Shown here: positions 20,101 through 37,426 of the stretch, piece by piece
How the letters are laid out: every line of letters starts with the position of its first letter
Numbering within the stretch: position 1 is the stretch's first letter
From: the human T2T-CHM13v2.0 reference genome, Homo sapiens
Length of the DNA: 64,000 nucleotides
Assembly (NCBI RefSeq): GCF_009914755.1
Contig: NC_060926.1
Strand: one strand, 5' to 3'
The notes under the pieces: model-generated
Seen by the model: the letters and a program-made list of their open reading frames with translations, nothing else
The model's database searches: none
Told to the model about the DNA's origin: nothing
Position numbers and translations under genes: made by a program

Positions 20101-21749
20101 CTAATGGGTTTTGTCTGCCAAGAGACCTGAGGCAGAACAGATCAGAGAGAGCGGTAGGGTGCGGTGGCAAGGAGTCAGCTGGTATCCACCTGAGGGTTTC
20201 CATTTGTGCTGGCTTTTCCTTGGACAACAGGGTCTGCAGATTGAAAAGTTGCCCTGCATCCTTTTCACTTAAGCTTGATGGCACTTTAAGTTATCTCCTA
20301 AAATTTTATATCAGGCTCAGCTTCTAGGCTACATTCAGCAGGTCAGCCCATAGAACTTTCTGCCTTCAAAGAAAAAGCACTTCTAGAAAGAAATATTTGC
20401 CATTTTCCTTGGCAGAGGGAAGACAAGTCATGAAGACCTTCCCTAACAGAATTTCAGACACCTAATGGGGACTGTGGACATACTTTTAGCTAAGATTTGG
20501 GACCATCTCCAAAATCCCCAAATCCTACCACATATCAGCCTCCTATAAGGGAATCATGTAATCCCACCTTAGGTAATATTAGATTTTTAAAGTTTCCTAT
20601 CACTAGTTTATAACAAAACTTCATGAATGGAAACACACACAAAGTTAATGGAGTTGACTTGATGATGGTCTGTTCTCCCTTTTCTTTACTTCTCCCTTTT
20701 CTTCTTTTTTCAGGCTAGGACTGATCTTGGACAAAACTATTCCTTCCCTTTTCTAGGGCCAGATTTCTAGGCACCCAAATTTCTGTTTTCTCATCCTCCC
20801 TGTGTCTTCTCCAGCCTAGGATTACTGTGTCCAACCTCCTGGGCTTCCTTCTTTCCCTGCCACACCACTCCTCCAGTTTAGCTGGCTCTAACTTTCATCA
20901 TCTCCAGATCTAAGGCTTCAACTAACTAATATGGTTAACTAATCAGTGTTACAGTGTGATGGTGGAAGACTATGGGTTCTCCCAGGTAACCAGTGTTCTG
21001 AATCTAGAGACATTTAGAGGCAAGATACCAGGCAAGTGTTTACTCTCTGCATTAGAGAATATAGACTGGTGATGTTACTAAGTGCATTATTTTTTAGCAG
21101 AGAGGTTAAGCAGGTGGTAACCGGATTTTAAAAACACCAAAATGTATTCCTAAATTAGCTCTGTCCAGACATCTCTTCTTTCTCTTCTCTGTCTCTCTGA
21201 CCATCATTCTACTTCCTCTTTTCTAACTTCCTCTTTCTCCTGGCATTTTGTTCCTTTTTTCTCAGGTTATTAAGATTTAACATCAATACTTCCCAGATTT
21301 AGATTAATCTGATAAATACAATCAAAAGCCTCAGTTGCCCCATTTATAAAATCAGAATTATTTTAATTCTAAGAGTATAGCTAAGATAGTGTTAGTTTCC
21401 TCCATCTGAAATATTTTATAAACTACATATACTATAACATGTATGTATTAGTGAATTAAATTTAAAAAATAAAATGGACTCCATGTACCCATGTTTGCCC
21501 CTTATTTGCCTCTCCCTAGTCCCACCCTTACTCTCGGATAACCATTATCCGGAAATTGCTTATGATTCTCTTGTTTTTATGTTGTTTTTACCATATATCA
21601 TTATAACCCTAAACAATAAATGGTTCATTTGTGCATGTTTTTAGACTTTATATGATATACTTTGGTTTTAGACTTTATATAATATACTTTGTGAATACTT
21701 TGGCAACTGGCTTTTCCTCTCAATATTATGTTTATAAGATTCAGCTCTT

Positions 21750-22025
<276 letters not shown>

Positions 22026-22889
22026 ACCCCAGTCAAAATGGCTTATATAAAAAAGACAGGCAATAACCAATGCTGTCAAGGATGTGGAGAAAAGAAAACT
22101 CTTGTACACTGTTGCTGGGAATGTAAATTAGTACAACTATTATGGAGAACACTTTGGGGGTTCCTCAAAAAACTAAAAATTGAACTACCATATGATCCAG
22201 CAGTCCCATTGCTGGGTATATACCCAAAAGAAAGGAAATCAGTATATCACACAGACATCTGCACTCCAATGTTTGTTGCAGCACTGTTTACAATAGCTAA
22301 GATTTGGAATCAACCTAAGTGTCCATCAACAGATGAATGGATAAAGAAAATGTGGTACATATACACAAGGGAGTAGTAGTCAGTCATAAAAACCAATGAG
22401 ATCCTGTCATTTGCAACAATATGGATGGAATTGGAGATCATTATGTTGAGTGGAATAAGCCAGGCACAGAAAGACAAACTTCACATGTTCTTACTTACTT
22501 GTGGGATCTAAAAATCAAAACAATTGAACTCATGGACATAGATAGTAGAAGAATGGCTACAAAAATAATTAGAAAGAATTAATAAGTCTGGGCACAGTGG
22601 CTCATGCCTGTAATCCCAGCACTTTGGGAGGCCGAGGCAGACAGATCACTTGAGGTCAGGAGTTTGAGACCAGCCTGGCCAGCGTGGTGGAATCGCATCT
22701 CTACTAAAAATATAAAAATTAGCCAGGCATGGTGGTGGATGCCTGTAGTCCCAGCTACTCAGGTGGCTGAGGCAGGAGAATTGCTTGAACCCGGGAAGTA
22801 GAGATTGCAGCGAGCTGAGATTGTGTCCCTGCACTCCAACCTGGGTGACAGAGCAAGACAGGAAAGAGAGAAAGAGAGAGAGAGAAGGG

Positions 22890-22921
<32 letters not shown>

Positions 22922-23235
22922 AGGAGGGAGGGAAGGAAGGAAGGAAAGGAAGGAAGGAAAGGAGGAAGGAAGGAAGGAAGGGAGGGAGGGAGGAAGGAAA
23001 AATAAATAAATAAAAAAGAATAAGACCTGCTATTTGATAACACATTAACTTAATAGCAGATTTTAAAATAACTGTAAAGGGTATAATTGGATTGTTTGTC
23101 CTTAATGCTTGAGGAGATGGACACCACATTCTCCATAATGTGCTTATTTCACATTGCATGCCTGTATCAAAACATCTCATGTACCCTATAAATATATACA
23201 CCTACTATGTGCCCACAATAATTAAAAATTAAAGA
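22026..23235 (+). mobile_element. L1MA2/3-like 3' fragment interrupted by an Alu (22587-22860) with an expanded GA-rich tail
   Basis: ORF2 C-terminal peptide (track 22038-22376: [10 protein letters not shown]...WIKKMWYIYT); 3'UTR and A-rich tail at ~23220. Confidence 0.88.
22860..23018. repeat. (GA)n/(GGAA)n polypurine tract plus (TAAA)n
   Basis: About 140 bp of pure purines. Confidence 0.95.
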
Positions 23236-23239
23236 AAGA

Positions 23240-26720
<3,481 letters not shown>

Positions 26721-28057
26721 GAATGTTTGTCTGTCTGTGGTTTTCATTCGATTCCACTCCTCCCCTCTCCCCAGTCTTCCTTTCTCCCATCTCTTCCTCT
26801 CCCTGTCATTCTCTCTTTGTTCCTTCCTGCTATATTCACTTTCTTTTTCCTTTCCTATACCATCAGTAAGACCACCTTTGATTTAAAAGCATTACAAAAT
26901 TGGCCTGAAGCCCAGGTATCAGGATTTTTATTTTAATCAATGTTTTTAACATTCCCAGATATAACATTTTTGTGTGTGTTTGATGTAACCAGTTAGTACT
27001 GCCTAGATGTGAAAAAAAGAATCTTGCAGTCGTTTGAAATAATACTGATTGCTAAATAAGAATTTCAATTATCTGTTCGTAATTACCTATTTTGAAATAT
27101 TTTTGAAACGAATTCAGTCCCATTCACGGCGTGGTACTTCCAGATTTCTCTGCCTTGTGACACTCAACAATGAAGGGAAACAATTTGAGGATGTAAAGAA
27201 TACATCAAAATTTCACGGGAACGAGAGCCTTTTCACAAATAAGCTATGCTGATTTTCCACCTTCAATTCTGTCCTTTATGTTTCATAGATATCCTCCCTC
27301 TCCTTTCAAATAGCACAAATGTAATTTTCTTGATGGGGCATTATTTCTGGATGGTAAAGATTACTTTAATTCTCTGTAAGAAAAACCTGGGATGTTCCCA
27401 TCTTTACTTAGTTGAAATGTAAATATTTTAAAACCTTCCATATCATTATGATTTCTTTTCTCCCAGTGACTTAGTGGCTAAATACCAAATGCTCCTTACA
27501 AAATGCAAATCACTTATTCAAAATACAATTAAATTATAGCATACATAGTTTATAAGCAATTACAGTCACATAATGTGTGTAATTTGGATTACTTTGGGTA
27601 AAAATCTATAAATGTATGGCTGCTACCTTCAAACCAAGAAATAGTTCTTTTTGGAAATATGATATACTACAGCAAAAATACCATTTTTAGGTAAGATGTA
27701 AAGTAAGTAGGGTAGGTCTTTCTCAAAGAATACCAATTAAGCCTTCCTCTTCAGGAATTCTGTGGGGGTCCTGTCAGTTAATTAGGTCATTTTACAATGA
27801 GAACAGATACCAACCTCGGAGTCTGGATTAATTCTATGGGTACGAATAATGATTGTTAAGATTACTAGTGTCCATTTTTTTATCACTTCTTTTGAGCAGT
27901 ACCCCTCACACACACACACAAAAAAACTTAATCGAATTGAAATATTCCAAAAGAAAGATTTCTGAGTTTTCATAGCTTTAACCAGAAATCCCATTAAACT
28001 GAATCTTTCGTGGACACTGTGATAAGTTACCCAGATGCCCGTCAGGAAGAAGGACTT

Positions 28058-28514
28058 TGTGTTAGTTTCCTAGGGCTGCCACAAAAATTACCACAAACTG
28101 AATGGCCTGAAACAACATGGGCTTATTTTTTCATAGCCATGAAGGCCAAAAGTGTGAAATCAATGTGTAGGCAGGGCCGTGCTTTCTCTGAAGGCTTTAG
28201 AGGAGAATCCTCTATGTTTCTTCTAGCTTCTCATGGCTCCAGGCATTTCTTGGCTTGTGGCTGCATGACTCCAGTCTCTGCCTCTGTCTTCACATGGCCT
28301 TTTCCTCTGTGTCTCTGGGTAGTCTCCTCTTCTATCTCTTATAGGGACACTTGTCATTGGATTTAGGGAACCCCCAGGTAATCCAGGATGATCTCTTCTC
28401 GGGGTCCTTATTTACATCTACAAAGATCCTTTTTCCAAATGAGGTCACATTCACAGGTTTTGGGGGTTACAATGGGGACATATCTTTTGGGGGGCCACCA
28501 TTCAATCCATTGCA
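28058..28514 (-). mobile_element. MLT1B/C-like MaLR LTR
   Basis: TGTGTTAGTTTCCTAGGGCTGCC...CCACCATTCAATCCA termini. Confidence 0.8.
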
Positions 28515-28671
28515 GACTTATTCCCTGGACTCCTGGGAGAGCTGCCAGAAGGAAGTCTTAGCTGTTAGCCTTCTTTGGGGATTGCCTCAGCTGAAAGAAG
28601 CTGCTTTGTCCATGGCAGGGTTCCTTCTATGGGGAGCTCATAGCTAACACTGATCAAAATGGGTACAAAGG

Positions 28672-28720
28672 CCAGCTTGGAGCTATACCAACTTGGAGCT
28701 ATACCAGCTTGGAGCTATAC
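28672..28720. repeat. 3 x 16-bp tandem repeat CCAGCTTGGAGCTATA
   Basis: Copies at 28672, 28688 (one mismatch) and 28704. Confidence 0.95.
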
Positions 28721-28899
28721 TTCAGAACTACTCCAGTTCCAGAACTCTCACTATGGTGAGCTGAGGCCTTCATTAGGACTGCACCAGGCTCAACTTCTCC
28801 TTGGCCTTCATCCTCCCCTTCCTCCTCTCCCTGGTCCTCCTGGTCAGTGCCTTCTGACTCAGCTTTGCAGGGAACCCAGCCCGAAACACTTAGATGAAA

Positions 28900-29000
28900 A
28901 TAATTCATTCATTCACTCACTCCTTTATTCATTCACTCATTCATTTTATTTCATTCAATAAACATTTATTGAGCACCTACTGTGTGCCATGTGCTTTCTT
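28900..29000 (-). mobile_element. L2 3' end with (TCAT)n tail
   Basis: ATTCAATAAACATTTATTGAGCACCTACTGTGTGCCA. Confidence 0.8.
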
Positions 29001-31070
29001 TCACAAGTATGGCACAGTGATCATATTTGAATCTTTTGTAAATCAGGATCTTCTCGTGCCTCAAACTAACCATCCTGAGCCTCATTTGTTAGTTGTAGAT
29101 CTTAAAGGTTTAAGAGAGGAACTCACAATTTATCCTAGAAGTTATCTTTTGTTTTGATAAATCCCAACCTAACATAAGCTTTTTTCTGCAGTGATGTGCA
29201 GTTTGCCCCCAATAAAGGTACCTAAAAAATACATCACTTGAGTAGTCTGATCTATCAGGACTTGCCTAGGTTCTGGATTTTCTGTGTTATTTAAGGTCTG
29301 TATTTTAACCTTATTAAAATGGATAAGTGGAGAAGAAATAATGACAGACTTTCAGTGTTAGAAGTACGCACCACAGGATTTCAGAAGGTTAAAGCACTGC
29401 CAGAACCAAGGAATTATCCAGCCAGCCCAAATTCCCTGTACTACAAATGGGAAAACTGGGAGTTCATCCCATAGCTGCCTTCATCAGGTAGAGTATGGGA
29501 CTTTTATCTGATTGTTGTATATATGGGGCTGGGGGTGTTTCTCCATTTCAGTTGTAAACTCCTTTTGGGCAAGATCTGAATCTCATATTTTTCTGCCCTG
29601 CTCAGTGTGTAGAAAAATAAGAAGTAAGATTTTGAATAAATAATTGATTGATTGGGCCCTCTTCATCTAGCAAAACTGCTTCGATCATGTCGGTAGTTAA
29701 GGGTCTTAATTTTTTATATGCAGACCTCCAGAGGAAATCTAATAATGTCCCTCATCACTTGAATCCTAGGCTTAACAATAATCATTGTCAAGGAGTTCCT
29801 CCTAAAAAATAACCCAGCTTTACAGAATAGCCCCAAAATGTCATAAATATGCACATAATTTGTACTAGCCCTTTTCTTTGTAAGTAGTTCGCAGATAATA
29901 AAGCATGTTGGAAATAAAATCAGTACTTTTTAAAATTTGAAATGTTTAAATAGCTACTTAACCATTATTTTTACTCCACCTCATTCCATAAAGGATCCAA
30001 GGTCACTTACAATTAGACACACATTTCAATATTTTAAAAAATAAACATGATGTGAGAAAACTGAAGTAGAAAATAAGATAAAGTACAGGGTAATGTTAAT
30101 ATCCAAAGTTCATAAATTGCTAGTAGGAGGCCTGAAACTTGGCTCTGAGCATTCCAATTAATTAATAATAACTGCTTTTCTAGAAGGCAATAGAGTGGTC
30201 CAAGTTCCTAGTCATCAGAGTCTACTTCATCCGAGATAATAAATCTAAGTCAATCACAATAATCTTACCTCTTGTTAGTAAGTGTTTTAAGAATCTGTAC
30301 ATGACCGAATTCTGATAAAACAGACACAGGAGAAAGTCTGTGGGGGAGGAGAGATTTCCAGGAAGTCTCCTCATTTTTTTTTGTCTCCTAATTCTTAAAT
30401 GAAAGACAAGAAAGGTTTGGTTCCTTTCTTTCTCTGGATGGTCTTGTGTTTGGATATCATGCTTGGAACTGACGAGTGTCTTGCTATCAGCCTGAGAATG
30501 AAGCCAAGACATAGAGGAAGGAAGAGCCAATAGAATCCCTGCCAAGAGAAATTGATGCCCTGACAAGGTGCCCTGGAGCCACATGACCTCCGCATCTCTG
30601 GTTTTGCAAGTTATGACATTTTCTTTAAGACAATTTGAGTTGAGATTTTCTGTTACTTGCAGCCAAATGCATCCAAAATGATATAAAAGTAGCATTTAAG
30701 AACAAGGGTTTGAAATAGACCTGGTTCTGCCATCTAACTTGTACTATGTAAACTTGAGAAAGAATTGAAATCTTTAAACATGAGTCCTTTCGTCCATAAA
30801 TCAGGGTAGATAATGGCTACTATACAGGGTGGATATAAACATGTAATGGAGAAAAAAGCATGTAAAGTGTTTAGAGAACCTGATGCATAGCAAGTGCTTG
30901 ATAAAGAGACGATTTTAACACCGAGGAGAAAGACAGATAATCAATACACAATTGTCTGGCTCTTTGAAATGGCAATGGAGCGTTCTGAGGCTGTAATTCC
31001 GGCTCTTAACCTGTCTTTAGTGATCATGGAAGACAACTGATCACTTCTTGCTGTAAAATAAGCCATTACA

Positions 31071-31362
31071 CTGGGCGCGGTGGCTCATGCCTGTAATTCC
31101 AGCACTTTGGGAGGCCGAGGAAGGCGGATCACCTGAGGTCAGGAGTTCAAGACCAGCCTGGCCAATACAGTGAAACCCTGTCTTTACTAAAAATACAAAA
31201 ATTAGCCGGGCGTGGTGGTGAGTGCCTGTAGTCCCAGCTACTCAGGAGGCTGAGGCAGGAGAATTGCTTGGCGGGAGGCAGAGGTTGCAGTGAGCCAAGA
31301 TCAGGCTACTGCACTACAGCCTGGGTGACAAAGCGAGACACCATCTCAAAAAAAAAAAAAAA
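31071..31362 (+). mobile_element. AluSx-like
   Basis: Full body and poly-A; no clear TSD. Confidence 0.93.
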
Positions 31363-31565
31363 AGAATAATATACTGTATTTAATTCTACTTAGAATAATA
31401 TACTGTATAACATTTCTGGCACTACGGAACAATTTATTCCTGTTGTATTTGTAATTTTTAAAAAAATATGCAAATCAAAAATACAGAAGCAAAATGAAAA
31501 TAAAAATCACATATAATCCACCCCTCAGAGATAAACACTCAGTATTTTGGTGACTGCTTTTCCTG

Positions 31566-31566
<1 letters not shown>

Positions 31567-31600
<34 letters not shown>
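31567..31600. repeat. (CA)n microsatellite
   Basis: About 17 CA units. Confidence 0.97.
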
Positions 31601-31602
<2 letters not shown>

Positions 31603-31972
31603 ATATTCATGTATGTAGGATCATTTTCTATGAACACTTATGTAAACTGGGGTTGTTTTTTTTTACATAGCATAACATTGCAAGTAGATTTCCATATCAA
31701 CAAATACATTTCTGCAATTATATTTTTGCAACATCATTTATAATCTCTACATAGTACTCTATTATATAGAATCTGTATGTTCTATATTATAAGTAATATG
31801 CACAACCAAATCATTAGTGTGAGATCCTGAGGCTTTTCTAAGTTTTTGTTGTTATAATTAAAAGTACTATGATAATTGTAGCTAAATTCCTTTTAAACCT
31901 TCTTATTAAACTCTTAAATTCCTTAGTGTAATTTCTGAAACGTGGACTTGCTGGTTAAAAGCATTTGTACAA

Positions 31973-32214
31973 AAGGCATACAGAGTGGTATAATGGACAC
32001 TGGAGACTCAGAAGGGAGGTGCATGGGAGGTGGGTGAGGGATAAAAAAACTACATATTAGATACAATGTACACTACTCAGGTGATGGTACACTAAAATCT
32101 CAGCCTTCACCATTATACAATTCATTCATGTAACCAAAAATTACTTGTACCCCCAAAGCTACTGAAATAAAAAATATATATATAATTTAAAAAATAAATA
32201 AATACTTAAAAAAC
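31973..32214 (+). mobile_element. Short L1PB/L1MA1-type 3' end
   Basis: GGACACTGGAGACTCAGAAGGG...TGTACCCCCAAAGCTA; TSD AAAG(C/T)ATTTGTACAA. Confidence 0.8.
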
Positions 32215-35200
32215 AAAGTATTTGTACAATGTTGTTTTAAATATATATTGCAAATTTCAATAGGTACATTTAAATATTTTTATAAATAATGTTTCTACTT
32301 ACAGAAAATTATATTAGCCTTTTAAATAATTCTACCAAAATGTTCAGTTTATTTCTCTATACCTAACAGTATCATAACAAGGTTATTACATTATGATGGT
32401 AATGAACTTACTATTCTGAAATTGTAATAGGTTTTATTTTTTCTCAAAGTTAAAATTCTTCCATTATTTACTAGCTTCACACTTTCTTGAATTTCTTCCA
32501 CACTTGGAATACCAATAATTGGGTTTTACAGCCCAATCTTTTGGTCTCTTAATATAGGCAAATCTCTTTTGTGGTTCTATTCATCTTTTGATTAACTTGA
32601 TCATATTGCATAGAACAGTAAGCTGCCACTATTTAAGTGAATTCAATGAAGGCAATGGTAGGCCTTTTTGATTTGCAAATTTACTTGAAAAGCCATGTCC
32701 CTATAGCAGTTAAATGCTCAGTCTTTTGATATTAGCACAGCATGAAAAGCAACAGTTTTTATATTTTGGTGGCATACATTTACTTTTAAAACATGCATAC
32801 ATATATATATGCATTTCCTACCATGTATGCTTTATTGCTTATAGACATGAAATAAATAGTTTAACTACCAAGCCAAATATTTTAAAATGTTTTGTTATTG
32901 CTTCTTATCTGTATAAAAGACCGTAGTTGCTTCCTTTTCTGCTATCTCAACCTTAGCAAGCAAGAGTACAATTTAGCACTTTTCCTTGATGATTAACTGT
33001 CCAAAGGCCAAGAAAATGTTGATGGTTAGGCAAGGGAGAGAGTATTTCTACTTTATATTTTAGCTTATGTTCACAGCATAAACTACTTCATTCACACGAA
33101 ACTGAGAAAAAGCTAGAAAAATCTTACCATTTTAGGGACAACTGTTATGACATGCATGAGTCTCCCTAAGTAAATCTAACATAAATAAATAAGATACATT
33201 AAAAGATAATATACTAATTCAATCTACTTGATGCATTGTGAACATAAGATTTGGCCGGTCATTTTTATAGGAAAATCTGATATTTAGAAATATAACAGAT
33301 TGCACACTGGTATTATGTCTCTAATCATCTAAATGAAACAATGAGCTAATTATCTATAATGACTCACTACTATACTTTCAACACCTTTAGGGATCAATTT
33401 CACCCAAAAGTGAACTAAGCCAGTACCACATGGTCTGCTCTCAAGCAGTGACCTCTCTGATTCAAATGCAAAATGCTATTGCAGATGAAATTCACTGGTA
33501 CAAAATGTTCAATAGAAAGATTACATTTCCAGTGGGGCAGAAAGATATTTGCCAGCATCTCATTAAGGCTTCGATACAAAGTCTTGGATTTCAATCAGCA
33601 TCGAGATAGAATGACAATAATCCAGTAGCAAGAATGTAGCTAGGGCTTTGTTTCTGTAAGCATTATGCATTTTTCCCATCTACAATAAAATCTTGAAAAA
33701 ATTCCAAGAGAATAGATATGGAAAGAAATAACCTTGTAGTCATTTTAATGTCAGCCACAGAATGCGTTCTGTGAAGCCTCTGCGGCCTGATAACTTTGCC
33801 TCTCACTCAGGGAGGAGAAGGTGACATCATTTACATTTAGCCCAACACGTGAAAAAGGCTGAAATTCTCTGCACCATAAATGTGGCATCAATTCTTCCGC
33901 CTCTCCAGCCCCACCTCCCATCATTAATATAGTCCAGCCATTTTATCATCAGCATTTTATCTTTTTCCCCTAGAAGTAATTTACTGACTTAATGGAAATG
34001 TGAGAGATTTGCTTTAACAGATTTTACGAATTTAAGCAAAAGGTCCTGCTGAACATTTCTCTGTGGAGAGAGGTTATTCTTTGGCCAGGAGACATTTGTA
34101 ATAGTTCAGTAATCTAAAAAGATTTGCCTTGGACTTGCTAATTTGCTCAATCTCTTAAGTAACAAAAGGGTCTAAACTCTGCCTCTCAATTTAAAGTGAG
34201 CCCCATAAAAGCTTCCAGCTTAGCAAGAAATCTAAGATTCCACAATGTGAGCTTTTAACCCCATTTCAATTTGTGCAAGTGTAATATCATTAGGGACTGA
34301 TTTCTACTACAAGGTAGTTGTGGCTTTTCATGGAATTTAGTTCTTTATCTGAGAGGTGGCATGGTAGTGGAACACACAGAAGAGGACAAAGTACTGCAGA
34401 AATAAAGTTTGTTTTTCCTGAAGGATCAGAATCTGGGAACACTGCAAATTCATAAGAAAGCCTCATTCCTATGAAACTTTTGGTTAAATACTGCCAAGTA
34501 AGAATTGGCAAAATCTGGATTGGACTTTGATTAGGGGGTGAAAAATTCAACTGTACTCTTCTTCATTTTCATGGTTGAATCTGAAAAGGATACAATTAGG
34601 CAGAATTGTGTCACTGTATTCACAGCTGTGTCCCCAGTAGCTAGAACAGTGCCAGGCACTAGGATACTCAATAAATATTGTCTGAATGAATACACTGCAA
34701 TAGAACAGAGTCATCCTCATTGTTTAGTCATGGGAAGAAACAGTTGCTTTGCCTCGGGTTGTATCAATAGCCAGCCATTCTTTGACTGGCTTTTTGGGGC
34801 TGGTTGCTGCAGCTCCTTCTGCATCCAGACACCTTTTTCTGGAATCAGCTAATCCAACTGTGCAACTTCATGGGAAAATGTATAATGAGTAATGGGGCCT
34901 CTTAACCGGGAAAACAAATAGAAGAAAAATAACCTGTGAATTTATCATCTTGCCCCAAACCTTGGTACGTTAAAAGAAATCTACACAATTGAGAGCCATA
35001 TTTGCTGGAATTCCTGAAACAGTTTTGATTTTAAGTGTCTTGTCTCCCTGTCCCTTAAGTCATTGGCTGACCATGTGCTCATCACAGTTAGACTGGAAGG
35101 TAGGGAGAGGGAAAAACTAAGATAGCAGGAAAGAGGTAAGAGGCTCTACCCAAGCTTAATTTGAACTAAATTATCTCCTCTAGATATGTCATTCTGTTAA

Positions 35201-36704
35201 TTATCAAAAACTCCATCAAGTATGGAAAGCCTCCTACAGGTATGGTAAAAAGGTAATACCAGGAGCGGCAGGACTAATTACAGTTGCCTCATAAAGTACG
35301 TATGAAGAATCGGTAGCTAAGAAAATACAACACATTTTGGAAACTTGGAATAGTTCAGTTTGACAGAAATATAAGCAAGAATGTTTCCTTTTCAATATTA
35401 TCTTTATCTCTGGTAATATTCTTCCTAAACACCTGGCCACTTCTAGTACAGTTTTTCCTGATCATTTTGTACAGGCACTGTCCGAGGACCTTACCTGGCC
35501 TGTCTCATTGCAGCTAGTCGTGTTTATTAATTGGCTAAGTCATACTGAAGTCTTTCAACTTCTGGAACCAAAGAACAACAACAATAAAATCACTTTGGGT
35601 TAGAATAAAAGTTTCTGGAAACTACTACTTGCCAGAAGCAGAAAAAAGAAAGAAAGAAAAGAAACAACACTTGCAGGGATTTTGCCTTTGTAAATAATCC
35701 CTGCTTTTTTATTTTCAAAATAAATACGGGTAAATTTTTGTCTTAATTGTAATTTTTGCCAAAATAACACACATATATCATTTACACAGTCAAATAGCAA
35801 TAGAAAGGTCCTGTCCTGAACCTCCCCACTAATAATATCTGTACTTTTAGCTGTTTCTTCTAGTATTTTGATTTTTTTTTCTGACTTCCTACTATGGTAG
35901 ATGAGAATTTGATTCTTACCCAGATACAGCCCCCACATCCCTCACCCCCTGGTACATCTTCTTTCTCTTTTCATCCTCTTATGTAGTTTTGGCATAATTT
36001 TCATTCAACCAATATTCAATGTTTACATTATTATCATTTTGTTAATATTATTCAGAGCTAAGCTACATAGTATACTATAAATACATTTTCTTTATGGTAT
36101 AATAATTTCCTCATATTTTTACTTGATTAATTTGCTATGAGTCATCATTAAACTCTCTGAAAGACATATAAATATCCCTCCAGTACATTTGAACATACCA
36201 AGTAGTCTAGCAGTTTCATTATAATCATTTTAGCCATGTCTCCACTGCATTCTCAGGCTCATATCTGGCTTGTGTCCAGACCTGCTGTATGCTAAGAACT
36301 CCCTTCTGCCCTGGCCTAGACAATTCTTTCCAGGTCCCATGTCTTCTTCCTTGGAGTACTCCCTTATTTTGTTGAGCAATGTCATTAAAATTTCCTTTTT
36401 TTACATATTACAAATTTGTAATAATATTAAAAAATGTTCTTTTGGGTTTTTTAAGCTACATATTTTTCTGTTTGGAATTTTAATGCAACTTGCATACTAC
36501 CTGAAAGTCAAAGATCACCAGAGCTTTTCAGACTGCCCTTTAAGAACTCTTATTCCATTAGCTTAAGAAACAACCAAAAACACATAGTTAGAACTGTTCT
36601 TGTTGCTATGAGAAATACAGAGAAAAATATGAGACATATATGAAGCTTACAGCATGTAAGATGCTGCTGCTGCTGCTGATGATGATGACTAGTGCAGTCA
36701 ATGA

Positions 36705-37021
36705 AATCACAAGGGTCCCTAAATATGGGAGTGGGAGGCGGAAGTCAGAGCGTCAGAGCGATGCAATGTGAAAAAGACGCTGGCCATTGCTGACTTTGAA
36801 GATAGAAGGAACACGGACAGTCTGTAAAATCTGGGAAAGGTAAGAAAACAGACTTTCTCTGGCAGCCTCAGGAAGAAACACAGCCCTGTCAACACCTTGG
36901 TTTTGGCCTACTGAGACTCATTTTAGACATCTGAACTACAAAATTGTAAGATAATGTTTGTATTGTTTAAAGCAACCACGTGTGTGGCAATGTGTTACAG
37001 CAACAATAAGAAACGAATACA
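36705..37021 (+). mobile_element. MLT1D/E-like LTR fragment
   Basis: CATTGCTGACTTTGAAGAT...CAGCCCTGTCAACACCTTG...GAAACGAATACA end. Confidence 0.75.
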
Positions 37022-37426
37022 AGGAGATAAGATTAATACATATACAATATTAGCAGTTTCATCGAATCAGATTATGTAATTATTATATGCTTAAACTGTG
37101 TTGTTTGGATCAAAAATTGAAAAGGCAATAGGAAGAAATCCAGAGAAAGGAAAAGGTAGTAGCTAACATTCATTGAACATGTACAACATACCAGGCACTA
37201 CAAGATGCCTTAGATTTGACATTTCATTGGGTCAATTTCAGTGCTCCAGTAATTGAATAGGAAAAATGGAAAATAGAGAAAGATATTTGCCTTTGTATAA
37301 GAGGCTTACGTACTCATCAGGTATGATTTTAAATGGAATTTGGGTTGTGATGCTCTATGTTTCTATTGGTTTGTCAAATATTCCATTTAAAATCTCAATC
37401 ATTTTAAAGAGTACAACTGAAGTATT

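Noticed and set aside
22755-23201. Low-complexity ORFs (ERER/GRKE and LSLS/PSFL)
   Set aside because: Translations of the GA-rich microsatellite and Alu.
28672-28720. Short direct repeats as a CRISPR-like array
   Set aside because: No spacers, only three copies, eukaryotic context, no cas genes.
30222-30695. 157-aa minus-strand ORF
   Set aside because: No recognisable protein; appears to overlap a decayed MLT-like LTR.
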